Assembly (NCBI GenBank): GCA_038087875.1
Contig: CM075978.1
Location: forward strand, 133,424,001-133,488,000
Reading direction: 5' to 3'
DNA length: 64,000 nt
Source: Malacoraja senta
Taxonomy: Eukaryota
Shown here: positions 48,617-62,914 of the stretch, in pieces
How the letters are laid out: every line of letters begins with the position of its first letter
Position numbering within the stretch: position 1 is the first letter of the stretch
The notes under the pieces: generated by a model
The model's input: the letters and a program-made list of their open reading frames with translations, nothing else
Told to the model about the DNA's origin: nothing
The model's database searches: none
Translations under genes and position numbers: made by a program

Positions 48617-48778
48617 AGAAACATAGAAAAATAGGTGCAGGAGTAGGCCATTCAGCCCTTCTAGCCAGCACTGCCATTCAATATGAACATGGCTGATTAT
48701 CTAAAATCAGTACCCCGTTCCTGCTTTTTCCCCATATCTCGATTCATTTCGCCATAAGAGCTAAATATAACTCTTGAA
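48617..48778 (-). mobile_element. CR1 3' tail
   Basis: Matches the 7026-7190 and 21366-21530 tails. Confidence 0.8.
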
Positions 48779-49000
48779 TCGCAGAATACCTCTACCATGA
48801 GGTTTTCTGGAACAGTTAGTTCTTATTTTAGCAATCGTTGCAGAATTTCCCCCTCTAAGGAAAATGATTTCATTAGAATTCTACAATTTCATAGGGATAA
48901 TTCTGGAATTTCCTCTTAACGGACCTGCTTTATTATTTGTTTACGAAAGGCTGATTAATGTTGTCTGGGATTTTCACCTTTTTTTCTCCCTTATTTACAG

Positions 49001-49111
49001 GCAGACTACCCTTGCGGTGTACATTATTTCATTTATTGCAATGCTCGTTTTCACATTCACGTTAGATCTCGGCCATATCGAAGTAGTCTTTGTGACAGCG
49101 GGAGTCTTGGG
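49001..49111 (+). CDS. FLVCR1: FLVCR1 exon 6 (111 nt)
   Basis: ttatttacAG|; [36 protein letters not shown](G); GG|GTAAGA. Confidence 0.95.
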
Positions 49112-52100
49112 GTAAGAGACCATTATCTCTTTCAACCATATGTGTTAGGGAATGCTCTTCAGAGTGTTTGGGATAAACGTTCAGAGAGCTTAACTGGTTG
49201 CATATGCTAGAACATTGAAAATATAATAGTTGTTTATTAAATTGGGATTTTAATACTTTGTTTCAACCCAGCATAAATTTCAAATTTTAATATAGCTGCA
49301 CGATTTGACAATTTGGAAATTTGCCATTTGAATCTTGCGTGTCTTCTTCAATCCTTGGCAACTTTCATCCCTCTCTAAATTGGGTGTGGACTTTCAAATA
49401 GGGTGTAATTGTAAATTAACTTTCATAAAATGTAAAGTTGCTGAAGAACTTCTGGGTTTTCTCTGAGGGCCATTTTTTGAGGCGACTGTTGTGACCCATG
49501 TGTGCATGTTCTACAAGGGTTTCAGGATTGCAAACCGAATTGGGAACTCTGCCCTTTTCATCTTGTCAGTGGATTAAGGATCATTCTGTGCCCATGCATC
49601 TGCATTGGCTAACATTTGCTAATTGAATACAGAATGAGAGCTGTGTGGTCTGTTTATCTATGCTAGGTAAACTTGCTGAGCCATCAGGGGAGTCTGGTGC
49701 CTCTGACTTGTCTGTAATGTAACTTGTATTAAGAAGCAAATACTGGTAGTTGTGACTTTTGCAGTTTTGGCCTTTTATTGGCAGTTCCAAGCTTTTTTTT
49801 CTTTAGAGCCAAAATGTAATGGAAACTGAATGATTTCCATTGTAGGCAGTATAATTTGGGATTATATTTAGAATCTTTTGAGCCACTTTAACCTGAGCAT
49901 CTATTAATGATGAATATGTTACTGTTTAGTAATTGCATCCCTCTGACTTAAAGTTTTCATTTAACTGGCCGCAGTTTTTTGAGCTGTCACATTAATGGTT
50001 GCTGCTTCTGCTTTAACACACTCAAGGATTCCCAAACCTTGTATTCAGATTAAATCTTAGTTTATGTAAAACCTGGTCCCCTTGTTTTTAATGCAAATAA
50101 TGCCAATGATAAATATTCCAAGAATATCATTAACTGTTTAGCAATAATCTAGTTTACATTATTCCAATTATTCATCCAGTCAACAAATTCAAACATTTAA
50201 ATCTTTTTATGGGAATGAGCTTCCCCCTTGAACCCTTCGCAGAGATGTAATGGAATCATTATCAAGTTTATTTGTGACAATGTATCCGCTTTTTATTGTT
50301 CTGTAATACTTGTTAGGGACATAATGTTTTTTAAAATGTTTGTAGGTGGCCCAGTGGTGTACTAACATGTTGCGCCACAGAGTAATGGACATGGGTTCAC
50401 CGCGCGATTCCTTGTATGGTGAGTTCTTGATCTCAACCAGTTAGTCTAGGGGAGAGATTTCCCCAGAGAAAGGGAGGGAAGTCAACTGCACACCTCCAAC
50501 AGCTGGTTCAAGAGCACTATTAACAAAGACTTGGGAAAAGGTGGTTACCCCACCTTCAGCTAGAAGCTGAGAAAATAGTTCTCAGAGCTGAGTGGAATAT
50601 AGTTGAATTCCCATCCCAGCTTTGACCTGTTACGGTTTGACCTTCTCATTCAGAGGCGAGCAAACCAAATGTAATGAGTTGTGTCCATAGCGCACATTTT
50701 GAACTGCCTTCGTTGCCGCAGTTACATTTACAGCTGTCTTGAGAATTTATTGATTAATGCATTGGGACCCAACATAAGAAAGAATGTTCTATGACATTGG
50801 TTAATGTTCTTTTAACCTGTTGGAAAATCGCTCCTTTCCATTTCTTAAATGTAAAATGCAAATTATAACGGTAGTCTTTGCAACAAGTCTTATTTCACTT
50901 AACCAGTAACACTCAGTACTTTTGAAATCTAATATGCTGCTCTAATTGTTATATCTCCATTCTGGATTTTATCTTTTCCTGTCACAATTTATTTACTTTA
51001 TTTATTGAATAGATTTGTTTTACACTTGCTTTTCTGAACTCCAAACATTTCTGATTTAACATGTATGACACATACAACTTTGTTTACACTGTTGAATTAT
51101 GAACTTGACTATCAATTTTCCATTTTTTTCTTCATGTGATGCTGCATTTGTAGTGGTGAACATGTGCTGAATAAGCATACAGTTTGGCCTTATTTGTGGC
51201 TATAAAGTGCACGTGAACAATGCTTTTCTGGAAACTCACTTCAGTGCTGCCCAGAAATTAGAAGGGTTTGGATTTTTTTTTAGTAAATTTCTATCTTGAT
51301 TTGTTCAATTACCAACACATATATACTCTGCTGTTTTTTAAATCAAAATCTCTAGAGACACAAGCATGCTCTATGTATAATAACTGGTATAAAAGCAGCA
51401 TTTAAAAAAAAAGTGTACTTTCCTGTACACCTTGAATTTATTTTCAATTAAGTTGTCAATCTATTGTACTACTTGGACTTCGAAAGCAATTCTGCACGTA
51501 GGGCAGTGGTATTTAGTAAAAGTTGGAGTTGTACACATGTGATTAACTGGCTTTTGTTGTAACCAAACATTTTTTAATTTTTGCAAATAAAAAATAAAAA
51601 CAAAAACATTTGGAAATACTTCAGTTAGGCACATGTTGGAAGAGGAACACAATGTTTCAGGTTGAAGATTTGACCTGAAATGTTTTTTTTTTAAATCCTC
51701 CAGCAGATGTGGCCTGACCTGAGTATTTCCAGCATTTTCTGTTTTTATATTGTGGAAATCGTTAATGTAGGCATGACTGTTCAGAGATTTAATTACAACA
51801 GTGAGCTAGATCCATCCAATGAATTAAGTTTCATCTTATCAAGATATTAAATCTCAGTGCCTCATGCTGGCGTTCTTCAGGTTTTGAAGGACTTTCTGCA
51901 GTGCAACAGTAGTGGTCTACAGATTATGATTGAACGGGTGTGGCTCTGTGATTATCAGACATTTTATTGATATCCTTGTATTAATCCCTGCTAAGGTTTA
52001 ATATTTGAATGTATTCTGACGTGTAGAATAGGTGTTAAACATAAATGTGGTACCCGGCTTCTCTTCTGTCAATGATAAAATGAGAATATAAATAAGGAAA

Positions 52101-53177
52101 TGTTCATTTTTGTGACAAATATGATAGATAGAACACCCTTGCTGCTTTCCCCTCAAATGCTATTTTAATGTCTTCTCTTCCCATGTCTATAAGAAGAAAT
52201 GTATCTCTAGCTGATGAGGAGTAAGGATTAAATGCAGTCCACCTTTAAATGGCTTTTTCCTTATATTTGACCCATGAAGGACATCATTTTAGTTGTTTTG
52301 CTTTTGATGGCAGCACTAAACAAATAATTAACATTATAATCCAGAGTAAAACGGAACAGTTGTGGTTCTGGAAGAATAATTAGTGGGTGTTAGTCCCTGC
52401 TTTTTGCCAATTCCATACCAGGATTTTGTCGGCTTGTTACACACCTAGGGGGAGAGATGTTTTTAAGCAGTAATAGTCCAGTTTTGAATTTGGAATTTTA
52501 ATTAGGGAAATAAGATGGCTTGTTCATTCTTTATACCAGACACTGTGAAGGTACAGCAAAATGCAATATAGAGGTATATCGATGCCACATTGGTATAAAA
52601 CAAAAGCCTTAATTAACTGCAGTAAATTCCTACATGTGTGATTCCAAAGCACGAAAGTCTGTTTGAACAGAGGAAATTCACTGTTTCTGATCTGTTTTTT
52701 TTTGTTGCCGTTTGCAATAATCTAACTAGAAGAAATGACTATTCTGAGAATTGTCAGTTGTCACATTTCAAGTAATTATGTTCATGAGTATTAGGCTGAG
52801 CTTATATTAAATCATAAAATTGTTTTATACCCAATGCTGTATTTGCGTGCAGTACTTGGGTGAACTTGAAAATCCTAGGAAAACAACTCAGAACTTCGAC
52901 ACTTGAACCATCTTTATAATTGTATTTTTACAATTTTTCCCCAAGGGAATAGTCTTAACACCAGCTACATATTGAGATCCAATTTAATAATTAATGACTC
53001 TAGGTTATTGTAAGTATATATCCCTTTAAGAGTTGCAGTATTTTTGTATGTAAATAAAATGTTCCAGATTTATTCAACTTGTGGCAGCTGATGCTTAAAC
53101 TGGGCGTACAGAAGTTCAGTCATCAAAGGATACAAATATAGTTTTGACATGCTGCCTTTTCTGTACAAATTGACTAA

Positions 53178-53360
<183 letters not shown>

Positions 53361-53379
53361 TAATCTCTGTGTGAAATAA

Positions 53380-54560
53380 AGTCATAGTTACACAGACAGA
53401 AACGGACTCTCTGGCCCATGCTGACTAACATGCCTTCTTGAGAGAGTCCCATTTGCCTGCTTTTTCCCCCCCATACCCCTCCAAGCCATATCCATGTTTC
53501 TGTCCAACATTGTAATTGTACCCATCTCTACCACTTCCTCTGGCATTTCCTTCCATCTACCTACCACCCTTTGTGCGGAAAAGGATGCCTCTTCGGTCCC
53601 TTTGCAATCTGAACCCTCTCACCTTAAACCCATGCCCTTTAGTTACAGCCTCCTGTACCCTGAGGAAGAAACTGACAATCCATGTCAATTATCCCAATCT
53701 TATGATTTTATAAACGTCTTAAGGGCTGCCCTCAGCTGACAAAATGGCCCCAGCCTATCCAGTTTCATAATTAAAGATCTTCTGTTCCAGCATCATTCTT
53801 GTTAATCCTTTCTGCACCCTGTCTAGCTTAATCACATCCACTTATAGCATGATGTGGTCTCACCAACACCCTACAAAGTTGTAACGTGATGTCCTAACTC
53901 TTGTACTGAATCCCCTGTCCAATAAAGCTGAGCGTGCCATATGCCTGCACCAATTTCAGGGAGACCTTGTACCCCTAATCCTGTCATTTACTGTGCAAAT
54001 TCTGGGCTGATTTAACTTTGCGTTGCCTTAAGATAAAGGGCATCTGCCATTTTATCTCATTGACGTTGACATAGATCGTTTTAAACATTGGACAACTTTT
54101 TTCATTGTCCGCTATACTGGTAATTTTTGCTGTCATTTGCAAATTTACCAACTGTCACATAAATTCCATTCAGAATAATATATCTGCCAAACAGCAGGAG
54201 AACCAGCATCAATCCCTGCGACACACTACTGGTCACATTATCCAGTCTGCACAACAAACCTCCATTCCCACACACTTGATTAATTCACCAAACCAATTTT
54301 GTATCTAACTGGGTTGCTCACCTCGATCCCCAGTGATCTCACTTTCTGGACCAGTCTACCACGTGGGACGCTGTCAAAAGCTTGTAGACATTGCGTACCG
54401 CCCTATAGTCCTCTTTGGTCACCTTTTTAAAAACACATTTGTGAGACGCAATTCTCCACACAATGCCTTGCTGAGTATTCCTCAATAGCCTTTGCCTTTC
54501 CAAGTGCAGATGGATCATGTCACTCATGATTCCTACCACTAATTTACCCACCTCTTTTCT
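53380..54560 (-). mobile_element. Degraded CR1 LINE
   Basis: Reverse-complement similarity to the CR1 at 62915-63512; HLERQRLLRNTQQG-like RT remnant. Confidence 0.7.
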
Positions 54561-55344
54561 CACAACTTACTGATCTTGGGCCAGCTCATTTCAATTTTTA
54601 AAAATCGTTTAATTCCTATGTTTTTAACATCTGAGTTGCCAATTCAGATGTATGGTAAAACCGAATGTGTCTTTGCCACCTGTCAATGGTTTACTCGGCA
54701 GTTTGGTGGACACAGCTTATTCAGGTTATACAAGGTGTAGGAAATTTATTTTGAAACATTTTGGTATGTGTTCTTTGTGAAGATATGACACATGGACAAT
54801 TGTCTCAGCAGTACGTTTAGTCAGATAACTAACTACATTCTGTAAAATCTGGGCCAACATCTTAAACCTACAAGTTTGAATATATAGTTTTGTTGAACTG
54901 GCCATGTGCTGAATATTCCAAAGACACTCTGCCATTTTTAGGCACCAACTACCCATTATTAGATAGTGCTCTTGTAGTACAATAAGTAAGGTTAATGTGC
55001 CTTACTTCTTACATTGGATGCATTGGTGCTACTGATTTTGTCAAGAAAATTGGCACAATATTATGTTCATTTTCTAAAATCGTAGATTCCTTCATTGGAA
55101 GGCACAGGATTACTGCTGTTGATTATGTTAACAGTCAGTTGGAAAGGCTCATTCATGGCTCTGGCCCCATTCATATTACATTATCTTGTAAATAACTATT
55201 CTGTTTAAGTAAATGTTCATTTTTGTCAATTCTGATGAAGCATAAACCATGTATATGATTTTTAATTGTTAATTGATTTTTTGAGTTCAATAATTTGTTT
55301 TATGATTTGTCACAGCACATTTAAGACCAACTGTTGTGACTTTT

Positions 55345-55632
55345 GTCTTTGAGGTACAGTATGAAAATAGGCCCTTCAGCCTATTGAGTCCATGCTGACC
55401 AGCGATCACCCCGTACTACCCTACACACTAGAGATAATTTACTTTTTTTTACCAATGCCAATTAACCTGCAAACATGTACATCTTTGGAGTGTTGGAGTA
55501 AACCGGAGCACCTGGAGAACACCCACATGGTCACAGGGAGAACATACAAACTCCATAAAGAAAGGACCCGTGGTCAGGAGTGAACCCAACTCTCTGGGGC
55601 TGTAAGGCGGCAAACTACCGCTGCACCACTAT
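55345..55632 (-). mobile_element. HE1-like V-SINE
   Basis: Similarity to the SINE at 22732. Confidence 0.75.
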
Positions 55633-55851
55633 ACGGCTCCACTGGTTGAAGTTGTAAATTTAGAATTGTATATTGGCTCTGGCTGGCTCTTGCTTTTAAT
55701 CTTTGCCTTCAAGGGTGATATATTGGTGGTTTCCATGTATTGCATATGTACAGATTGTGTAGGAAAACACCAGCCAATAACTCCAAGAGAAGGTAATGGT
55801 GTATTGTTAATCTTGGACAGTTATTTCAATATTGTTTTTCTTTGATTCCAG

Positions 55852-55963
55852 CTATTTGGAATTGTGTTCACTCTGGCCCAAGGAAAGTTGAAAGCTGATT
55901 ATAATGCATTTACAGGAAATATCTTTCTTTGTTCTTGGATCTTTGTGGGAATCATCCTTACAG
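55852..55963 (+). CDS. FLVCR1: FLVCR1 exon 8 (112 nt)
   Basis: tttgattccAG|; [37 protein letters not shown]; ACAG|GTAATT. Confidence 0.95.
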
Positions 55964-58900
55964 GTAATTGGCTGTTTTTACCATTTAATCTTAATGTGTA
56001 ATGCGTTGCTGTTTGAGAAAAGCAGCACCTCCGTCAACTAAATATATAAAAGATAATGTGGAACAATGAAAAGGCCATTTGGCCATTTAAGGCCATTCTC
56101 TCCACAGATCTTTTACATTATTCCCTATTCAGGACTCCATCCTAGTCAGTTTTGCGCAGGAGCCAACCAACGACTGAAAAAACTCCCAAGAAGATAAAGT
56201 TCTGAATTTATTTCCCCCCAAGTTCACTCCTGTTCCCTTGCTCTTACCTTATCCACACCTGAAGAACAATGAATGAAAATCTTTGGATTAATCTGACCAT
56301 TCAGTATATGCTACCTATGGTTCCCACAAAGTAGCGACCATTATGTTCTGCGATGAATAAAACCAACTGTTTCTTTTTAAAGCTTGGAACCTCTACAATG
56401 GTCCTTCAAATATTTATCCGGCTCATTTTGTTTTACGGAATTTATGGAGTTGCGGAATTGCCATTGCATTAACTACTTTTGCCTGGAATCTACATTTTGA
56501 AAGGGGGGAGAGACATTTTCTTTAATTCTTTATTGGCTTACGAGGTTGCTAATTTCCTTCTGATTTTAAAATCAGTCCAACCCCCTGTCTCCCATTTATC
56601 TTTGCTGCTCTTCATGTTCTCGTGCCTCAAAGGTTTTGAAGGTTAAGATTTTCCGATATCAAGATCGGACCACTAATATATTAAGTGAAAATAATTTAAT
56701 TTGGTTAAATTATTTAAGATACTTTCTGATATTCTCACTCTAGTAACATTGCAATGGTTGGATCTTTGCAGAAAAGTGTAATTCTTCAAGCAAGTTATTT
56801 TCCATAATTCATTGTTTGCATTCTATATAGTCAGCTACTTCCCACCCACATTTGTTAATCTACTGGAAGTTATCCAAGGTTTATGCTATTAGTTTCAATC
56901 TTGTGAAATGACTATTACTTTGGTGTTCAAACAATTAAACTATTTGAAGGTTCCTTCTTTCATCTTGTTTTCCTCATTAGTCACCTAGCCCCTATTCTTC
57001 AGCCTGAGTGCATTCATTTAGTTAGTCTTCTGTGGAGCTTTGTCCATTTTTTTCCCGATGAACCGAGTTCAAGAGTGTTTATTTGTCATATGAACTGGAA
57101 CAATGAAATTATTTTTTGTTGCAGCTTTACAAGCACATTTGATGCAACAGCATCAATATATTATTAATTATTCTAAGTAGACTGGACAATTTATAATGGC
57201 TTGGACATTGTTCTTTCTTTGTTGCTTTATTGCAACCTTAAACGATTTCATCATGTTTATGTGGCATAAGTTGTTGCTCTGAAACAATGTTGATTACTTA
57301 TACCTTAAAGTGCACCCTGTACCTCCCGGCCACCATGTTAACTCCATGTTAACATGAGAAGTAATTAAGTTAGTATTGTCTTCCTGATGCCACTTTGATT
57401 TTTTTTTTTAAGGTGCACATTTAATTCCTTCTGTTTATCAGCCTCTTCACTTTGAAAATAATTGGCTACGTATGGAATATGTCCATAGTTTTGATAATGA
57501 AGATTGATATTAGCACAATTTCTTTCCCCATTCTTGTCCATTAAGAAGCAACCAAATGGGTTATTTTACTGAGACGTTATGTCTTACTGCTCTCCTTTTA
57601 ATTATAGGTTCAACTCCATTGGTTTCTTGTTACTTTAAGGTAGCCTTCTTTTACATTTGGATCGTTTCAGATTTCATTGACTATTCCAAAATATCAGGGA
57701 TGCTGGTGATATTTTTCACTTGCACTCATTTAAAATAAATTGTACTCTGCCTTGGCTGTTTACATTTGCTATGCATGCATCAGTTGCTAGACCAAAGGTT
57801 CAAGTAGAATTTTAAATCTATTTGTTCTTTTGTTTGTTTAACAAGTGTTCCACCTGTTTCTGAATTAAGGAATCTGTTCTGTTCCAGAAAGCTGATCTAT
57901 TATGGACCTATTGTAGTTCTGTACTACAATGATTTACTTCCTGTATAAATTGTTCACCCATCCTTTCAATTAGCCCTACTTTAACAGTTTTCTACAAGTG
58001 TTCTGGTTCTACGTCAGTGGCACTTTGTTTTGAAATACTGCCATTTATTCCACCATAATGCTTTTGCAGCTTTAATAGGCATTTTCCCCCTCAAGAATTT
58101 GGTTATTCTGTAAGGTGCCATTAACAGCCATTTTCTTCAGCTTTCAATAACTTCCAGTTCCTCCTCCAAATGGACCTTCTATTTCCGTGTCTAATTCAGC
58201 CACTGCCATTTAACCTTGTTGCAAAAGTCTTTCTTCATAAATCAGTCCCAAGCGTAGTATTTCTCTTGTATTTTCTTTGTCCAATATAATACTGTATAAA
58301 TTGAGAATCTACTAGGCTTTGTCCACTTTTGATTCTCTGGCATTCTTGAGATTCTATGCACATCCTTTTTTCGGATTATTTAAATTCCGAAACTGTCTTT
58401 CAGCAACTTATTTTGAAAATCTTGCTGCACTCATTGGGCGTTTTCCCCACTGGAAAGAAGGCTGTATCAACCTTGCCAACTCAAGGCTTGAATTCTATTT
58501 ACCTTCACCGTTTGTTGATATAAATTTTCAACTGACTGTAACTGTAAACATTGTGCACACTCTCCACCCAAAGTATTGTATATATTCTTAACCAATTTAC
58601 CCAGTTTTTTTCCTAATAAATCACAGAGCTCCTTTTACCAGCTGCTCCTCTCTCCAGCACAGGAAGTATATAGCCAGTTCAACAAACTACAGGTACTAAG
58701 TTTTGATTGTATGTTGAGTACTGTAAATACATATAGTAAATTACTGTAGGTTTCACGACTTTTAATGCAATTCAATTAGCAAAAACGGTATTAGGTGAAT
58801 TAGTTAATTAGAAGCTCATTTGGAAGTTATTGATAGTACATATAGATAGAATTCAGAAACCTGGGAGGGGGGGGGGGTGAACCAGTAGTGAAAAAAAATT

Positions 58901-61900
58901 GAATATAGAGGGGTGATGTTAGGGTTTTTTTCTTGAGCAATGAAAGTCAGAAAAAGTTTATTAAACTTCACTGAAGTCCTGATGGACAATTACTGAAGAA
59001 CTTTGACTAAAGTTTGAAAAGACCTACTATCATGTAGCAGTGCAGATCACATGATCCCCAACATGCTCTTCTGGTCTTCCAGATGCAGCTCTGGGTGGAT
59101 AAAACCATATCTCTATCCTTTAGGCTTAGACAAGATATGGAGCGAGGAATTCTTGAGGTTCCATAAGAGTGAGTTGTTCTCCAGTGGTAGGCTGCTGCTA
59201 ATGGTTAGTCCTAGGAGAGGTTGTGCACAAATTCTTGACAACTTACACTGACCCACACAGCCTTCTGAATGTATTGCAGCTTTTTAACATTTTTCAAGTA
59301 TCTTCTCTGTACAGTGTGTGAATGTTAAAACGCTAATCACTCTTCTGTCACTTGAAAAGGCATATGGCAAAACTTGGTGGCTATGCAAGTGACGGTAAGA
59401 AGAAGCAGTGGTAAGGGATGACTTTCACTAAATAATTGTGAATGAAAAGTTCACTGAAAGGAAGACACTATGTAAACTGTAAAGGTAGCTGAAACATCTT
59501 TCAAGGATTTGACTCCTTCACAGACATTATGATCATAAACTATTAAGCTTTCATTCTTGCAGTTTTATATCCTGTGAAGTCTTGAGCATCTGCAGCTTTG
59601 TGACGCACACAGCTCTTGTTTGGTTTGCTGGCATGTATTTATTAACAAGTCAATTGTGAAGCTAGTCTCTTTAGGTTTTTAGGAAAGAAATATAACCAGT
59701 CTACATGAACGAACCAGGATTGAGACAGTCCATGGACAATCGTGTACAGGGTAAGGCGGCGCATGCTGCTGCAAGTAAAAGAACCCAGAAACAATTTTTT
59801 GATAGGGATTTGATTGTACTATGGATGGAATACTGTCACCTCACCTCTGGGAATTCTGTCGAAATGAGGCTGTATGTAGGGTATGAAAGGCTCCTTTAGA
59901 GTAGTTTTAAATGCATGATTTGCATCTAATAATCTACTTTATTCACACCAGGGGCAGCTGGTGGTTTAACACCAGTTAGAAACCTGACTTTGAGAGGCTG
60001 GAAACTAAAAGTAGCTGAGGAAAATGTCACGCTAATGATTGAAGGTTACGGTTCAGACATTTTTGTTGAGGCAGATTAAAGGGAGTTCTACTCTGCATCT
60101 GACTGATCTATGACCGTAACAGGTGGGCATAAAGCTGGCTAGGGCTGGCAAAAAATGCCGTTCTGACTTAACAAAATGATTATGCATCTGACAAGCTATA
60201 AATATTATTCTACATGCATCAAAACAAGTTAGTGTCAGTTTGTTTTTTGTTTCTTCAGCAGAAAGTTCATACTCTAGTCTGTCCACCCTCTGATGTGGAA
60301 ATGTGACATTTTTTCCTCCAGCCACTAGACGTGGTATGCAGTTGATTGTTGTTAAAGGTAATTAATTTATAGGGTGTGGCTTAATAAAATGCCAGTTTAA
60401 AAAAAGTAAATACTTCCCATGTTATATATAACACTCAAAATCTAGTTGAATTTTTCATTAGTTACTCAGGCCAATGTGGAAAAATCATGTTACTCAAGAG
60501 CCTCGGGTACTTCTAAGTTATAAACACAATGAATAACGTTTACTGCATGCATAAGTAATATGTTAATAAGTTTAGTTGTTTACAAATATAAACTGGAAAA
60601 GAATGGAGCATCTGCACAACTGTTGTACTTAAATCTACACACACTACCCATGGGAATGCAGTGTTAACATGTGAATTAGCATCTATTTTACATTGGACAT
60701 AGCTTTAATGTGCCGCACCAAAAAAAGGAGAAAGAATAGTTGGGAGTGATTATGAGGCAGTAATCCAATTTGGGACTTTTGGAGGACATAAATTACAAAA
60801 TGAAGTTCATTGATTTGTGGTGGGGGGGCATCTGATTGTGTTTCTGTGCCAGCGTGGTTGCCATGTTTTCTACCACCCGGGCAGCTGTCAAAGTCACTGG
60901 AATTGACTGTCCCTGACAGTAATTAAACATTGCAGGTGTTCTAAAAGATAGGTGTGGCGACAGTGAGCATATTTGTGCTGCAGTCATGCTTAAATGGTAA
61001 TCCTATGTGGAATCTCTACAGGAAGTATTCCAAGCCGGGCTTTCTGCACAGCTGCTAGCTACAAGCCCATGTCATGGACTGTTAGGAGAAATGGGTCCGG
61101 CCTGCTTGATATTGTTAACTATAAAATTGTTAAATATTTTAAGACTCATTTAAACACGTGCATTGAGGACCCATATTTAATACAAACTAAGCCAGCAATA
61201 AGAATTAAATTGCACATTTCGAATGTGCATATTTTTGTAGCAGCTATTGGACAATTTTGTTTTGGTAAATTATTGGTCCTGCATCCATGTCCTCCATTTT
61301 TAATGCATTGGAATCACTCCCTTCTATTGATAACTTCTAATATGTGCTGGATGATTTTATTAGTCTTGCTATTTTCAGCCAGTGTTCTATCTGGAAGCAG
61401 TGTGAGGTAAGAACTCTGCAAAAAACAAAATTGTAAAGTCAATACTTTGTTTTGTATATGGTGCAGCTATGCATTTGCATTAAAATATCACTTTTTGGTG
61501 ACTTTCTTAAAAGGTTAAAAGAAGTCAATTACAAATTATTTGTTCCTTACTGTTTGCTTGATAAATTGTATAATATCTACAGAAAGATATGGTGTGTGTA
61601 ACTTAAATGTTTTGTTATTATTTAGGACAACCTTTTGCTTAAATGTGAATGAAGTATTTTTTAGTAATTCTAATTTTATTTATTAGAAATGCATTTGTAA
61701 TAATATCCTTATACAATGATGGAAACTCTCAGTCTCCATTTTGAGATATGCAATTTTGAAAGCTTCATATTTTTGGCTTTTAAAAGGTGCTGTACAGACT
61801 TTGATGTATCAGAATTTCATTGAGATTTAGTTGACTGCATAGGTAAACTAACATTTTTAAATGTATGTATTCGCTTTCTGAGTTTCCTTTTTTCATAAAA

Positions 61901-61950
61901 TGTACACGTAAAAGAAACAGATTGTTTCATGATTTCTATTTTCTTTACAG

Positions 61951-62006
61951 TTTTCATAAAAACAGACTTAAGAAGACAACAAGCAAACGTAGCTGCAAAT
62001 GCCCAG
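61951..62006 (+). CDS. FLVCR1: FLVCR1 exon 9 (56 nt); terminal exon not identified
   Basis: ttctttacAG|; (V)FIKTDLRRQQANVAANAQ matches the IKxDLRR motif after TM12; putative donor CAG|GTAGAT. Confidence 0.88.
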
Positions 62007-62914
62007 GTAGATTAATTAAGCCTTGTTTTTTTGAATGCATAGAAAGTTTACAATCAGTTATTTTAAATGTCACTGGTTCTTTGTGTGAATTTCTTGCACA
62101 TATATGAATTGCCATAAGAAGGTGGTGGGTAGGGGAGTGCATTTTGGGTTAGTTAAGCCTGACAATGCCATCCATTTTCAAATTTGTTTTCATTTGCTGA
62201 GATTTGAATCGTGCCCTTATTCTGCTATCTACCGAATTTCAGTATTTGTGGAACGTTTTAATGGGGTAATGGTATTGTCATCTGAGTTTTCCCATTTAAT
62301 CGAACAATTAATATCTATCTAGAGGGTATTTCTCTCTATTGAAGATTCAATATCTTTTATCCAATGCTATTGGACCAATCTTAGTTTTTGTGCCAAATTT
62401 CTTTATTTGCAGTACAGTAAAACTGATCTGGTGTCTGGCCATTTAGAATCAGAATGGTTCATCATCTGATTCACCAGGTGATATCTATTTTCCACTCGGG
62501 CCCCAATTTCTTTGCTACTTGACCACTTGCCATGGGTTCATTGAAATGTTACTGTAATATTAAAAATTAATGTAATAAAATCCACTAGTCCAGAAAATCT
62601 GCCAGAGTGACACCACAAAAACCCTGAATGTGCCAGATTAAATGTTTCACTGTATTATAGAAGAGGCTGTTAAAGTTTAAATATTGGGTGTATTTTTCTC
62701 AGCAAAGTGTACTGCTGCCTCTTTCCATCAAAACAAGGAAGGTTGTTTGCACAATACAGCAGAATATTTATTGACATAACTATTTTACAGGGAAGTCTGT
62801 ATAGTTGATGCCATTTGCAAAGACTGTTTAACTGGGGTCCACACATTACACCACATAGCACCACAAAGTCTCCAGATAAAGCTGTCCAAAATAAAGAGCA
62901 ATAAGTATTCTTGC

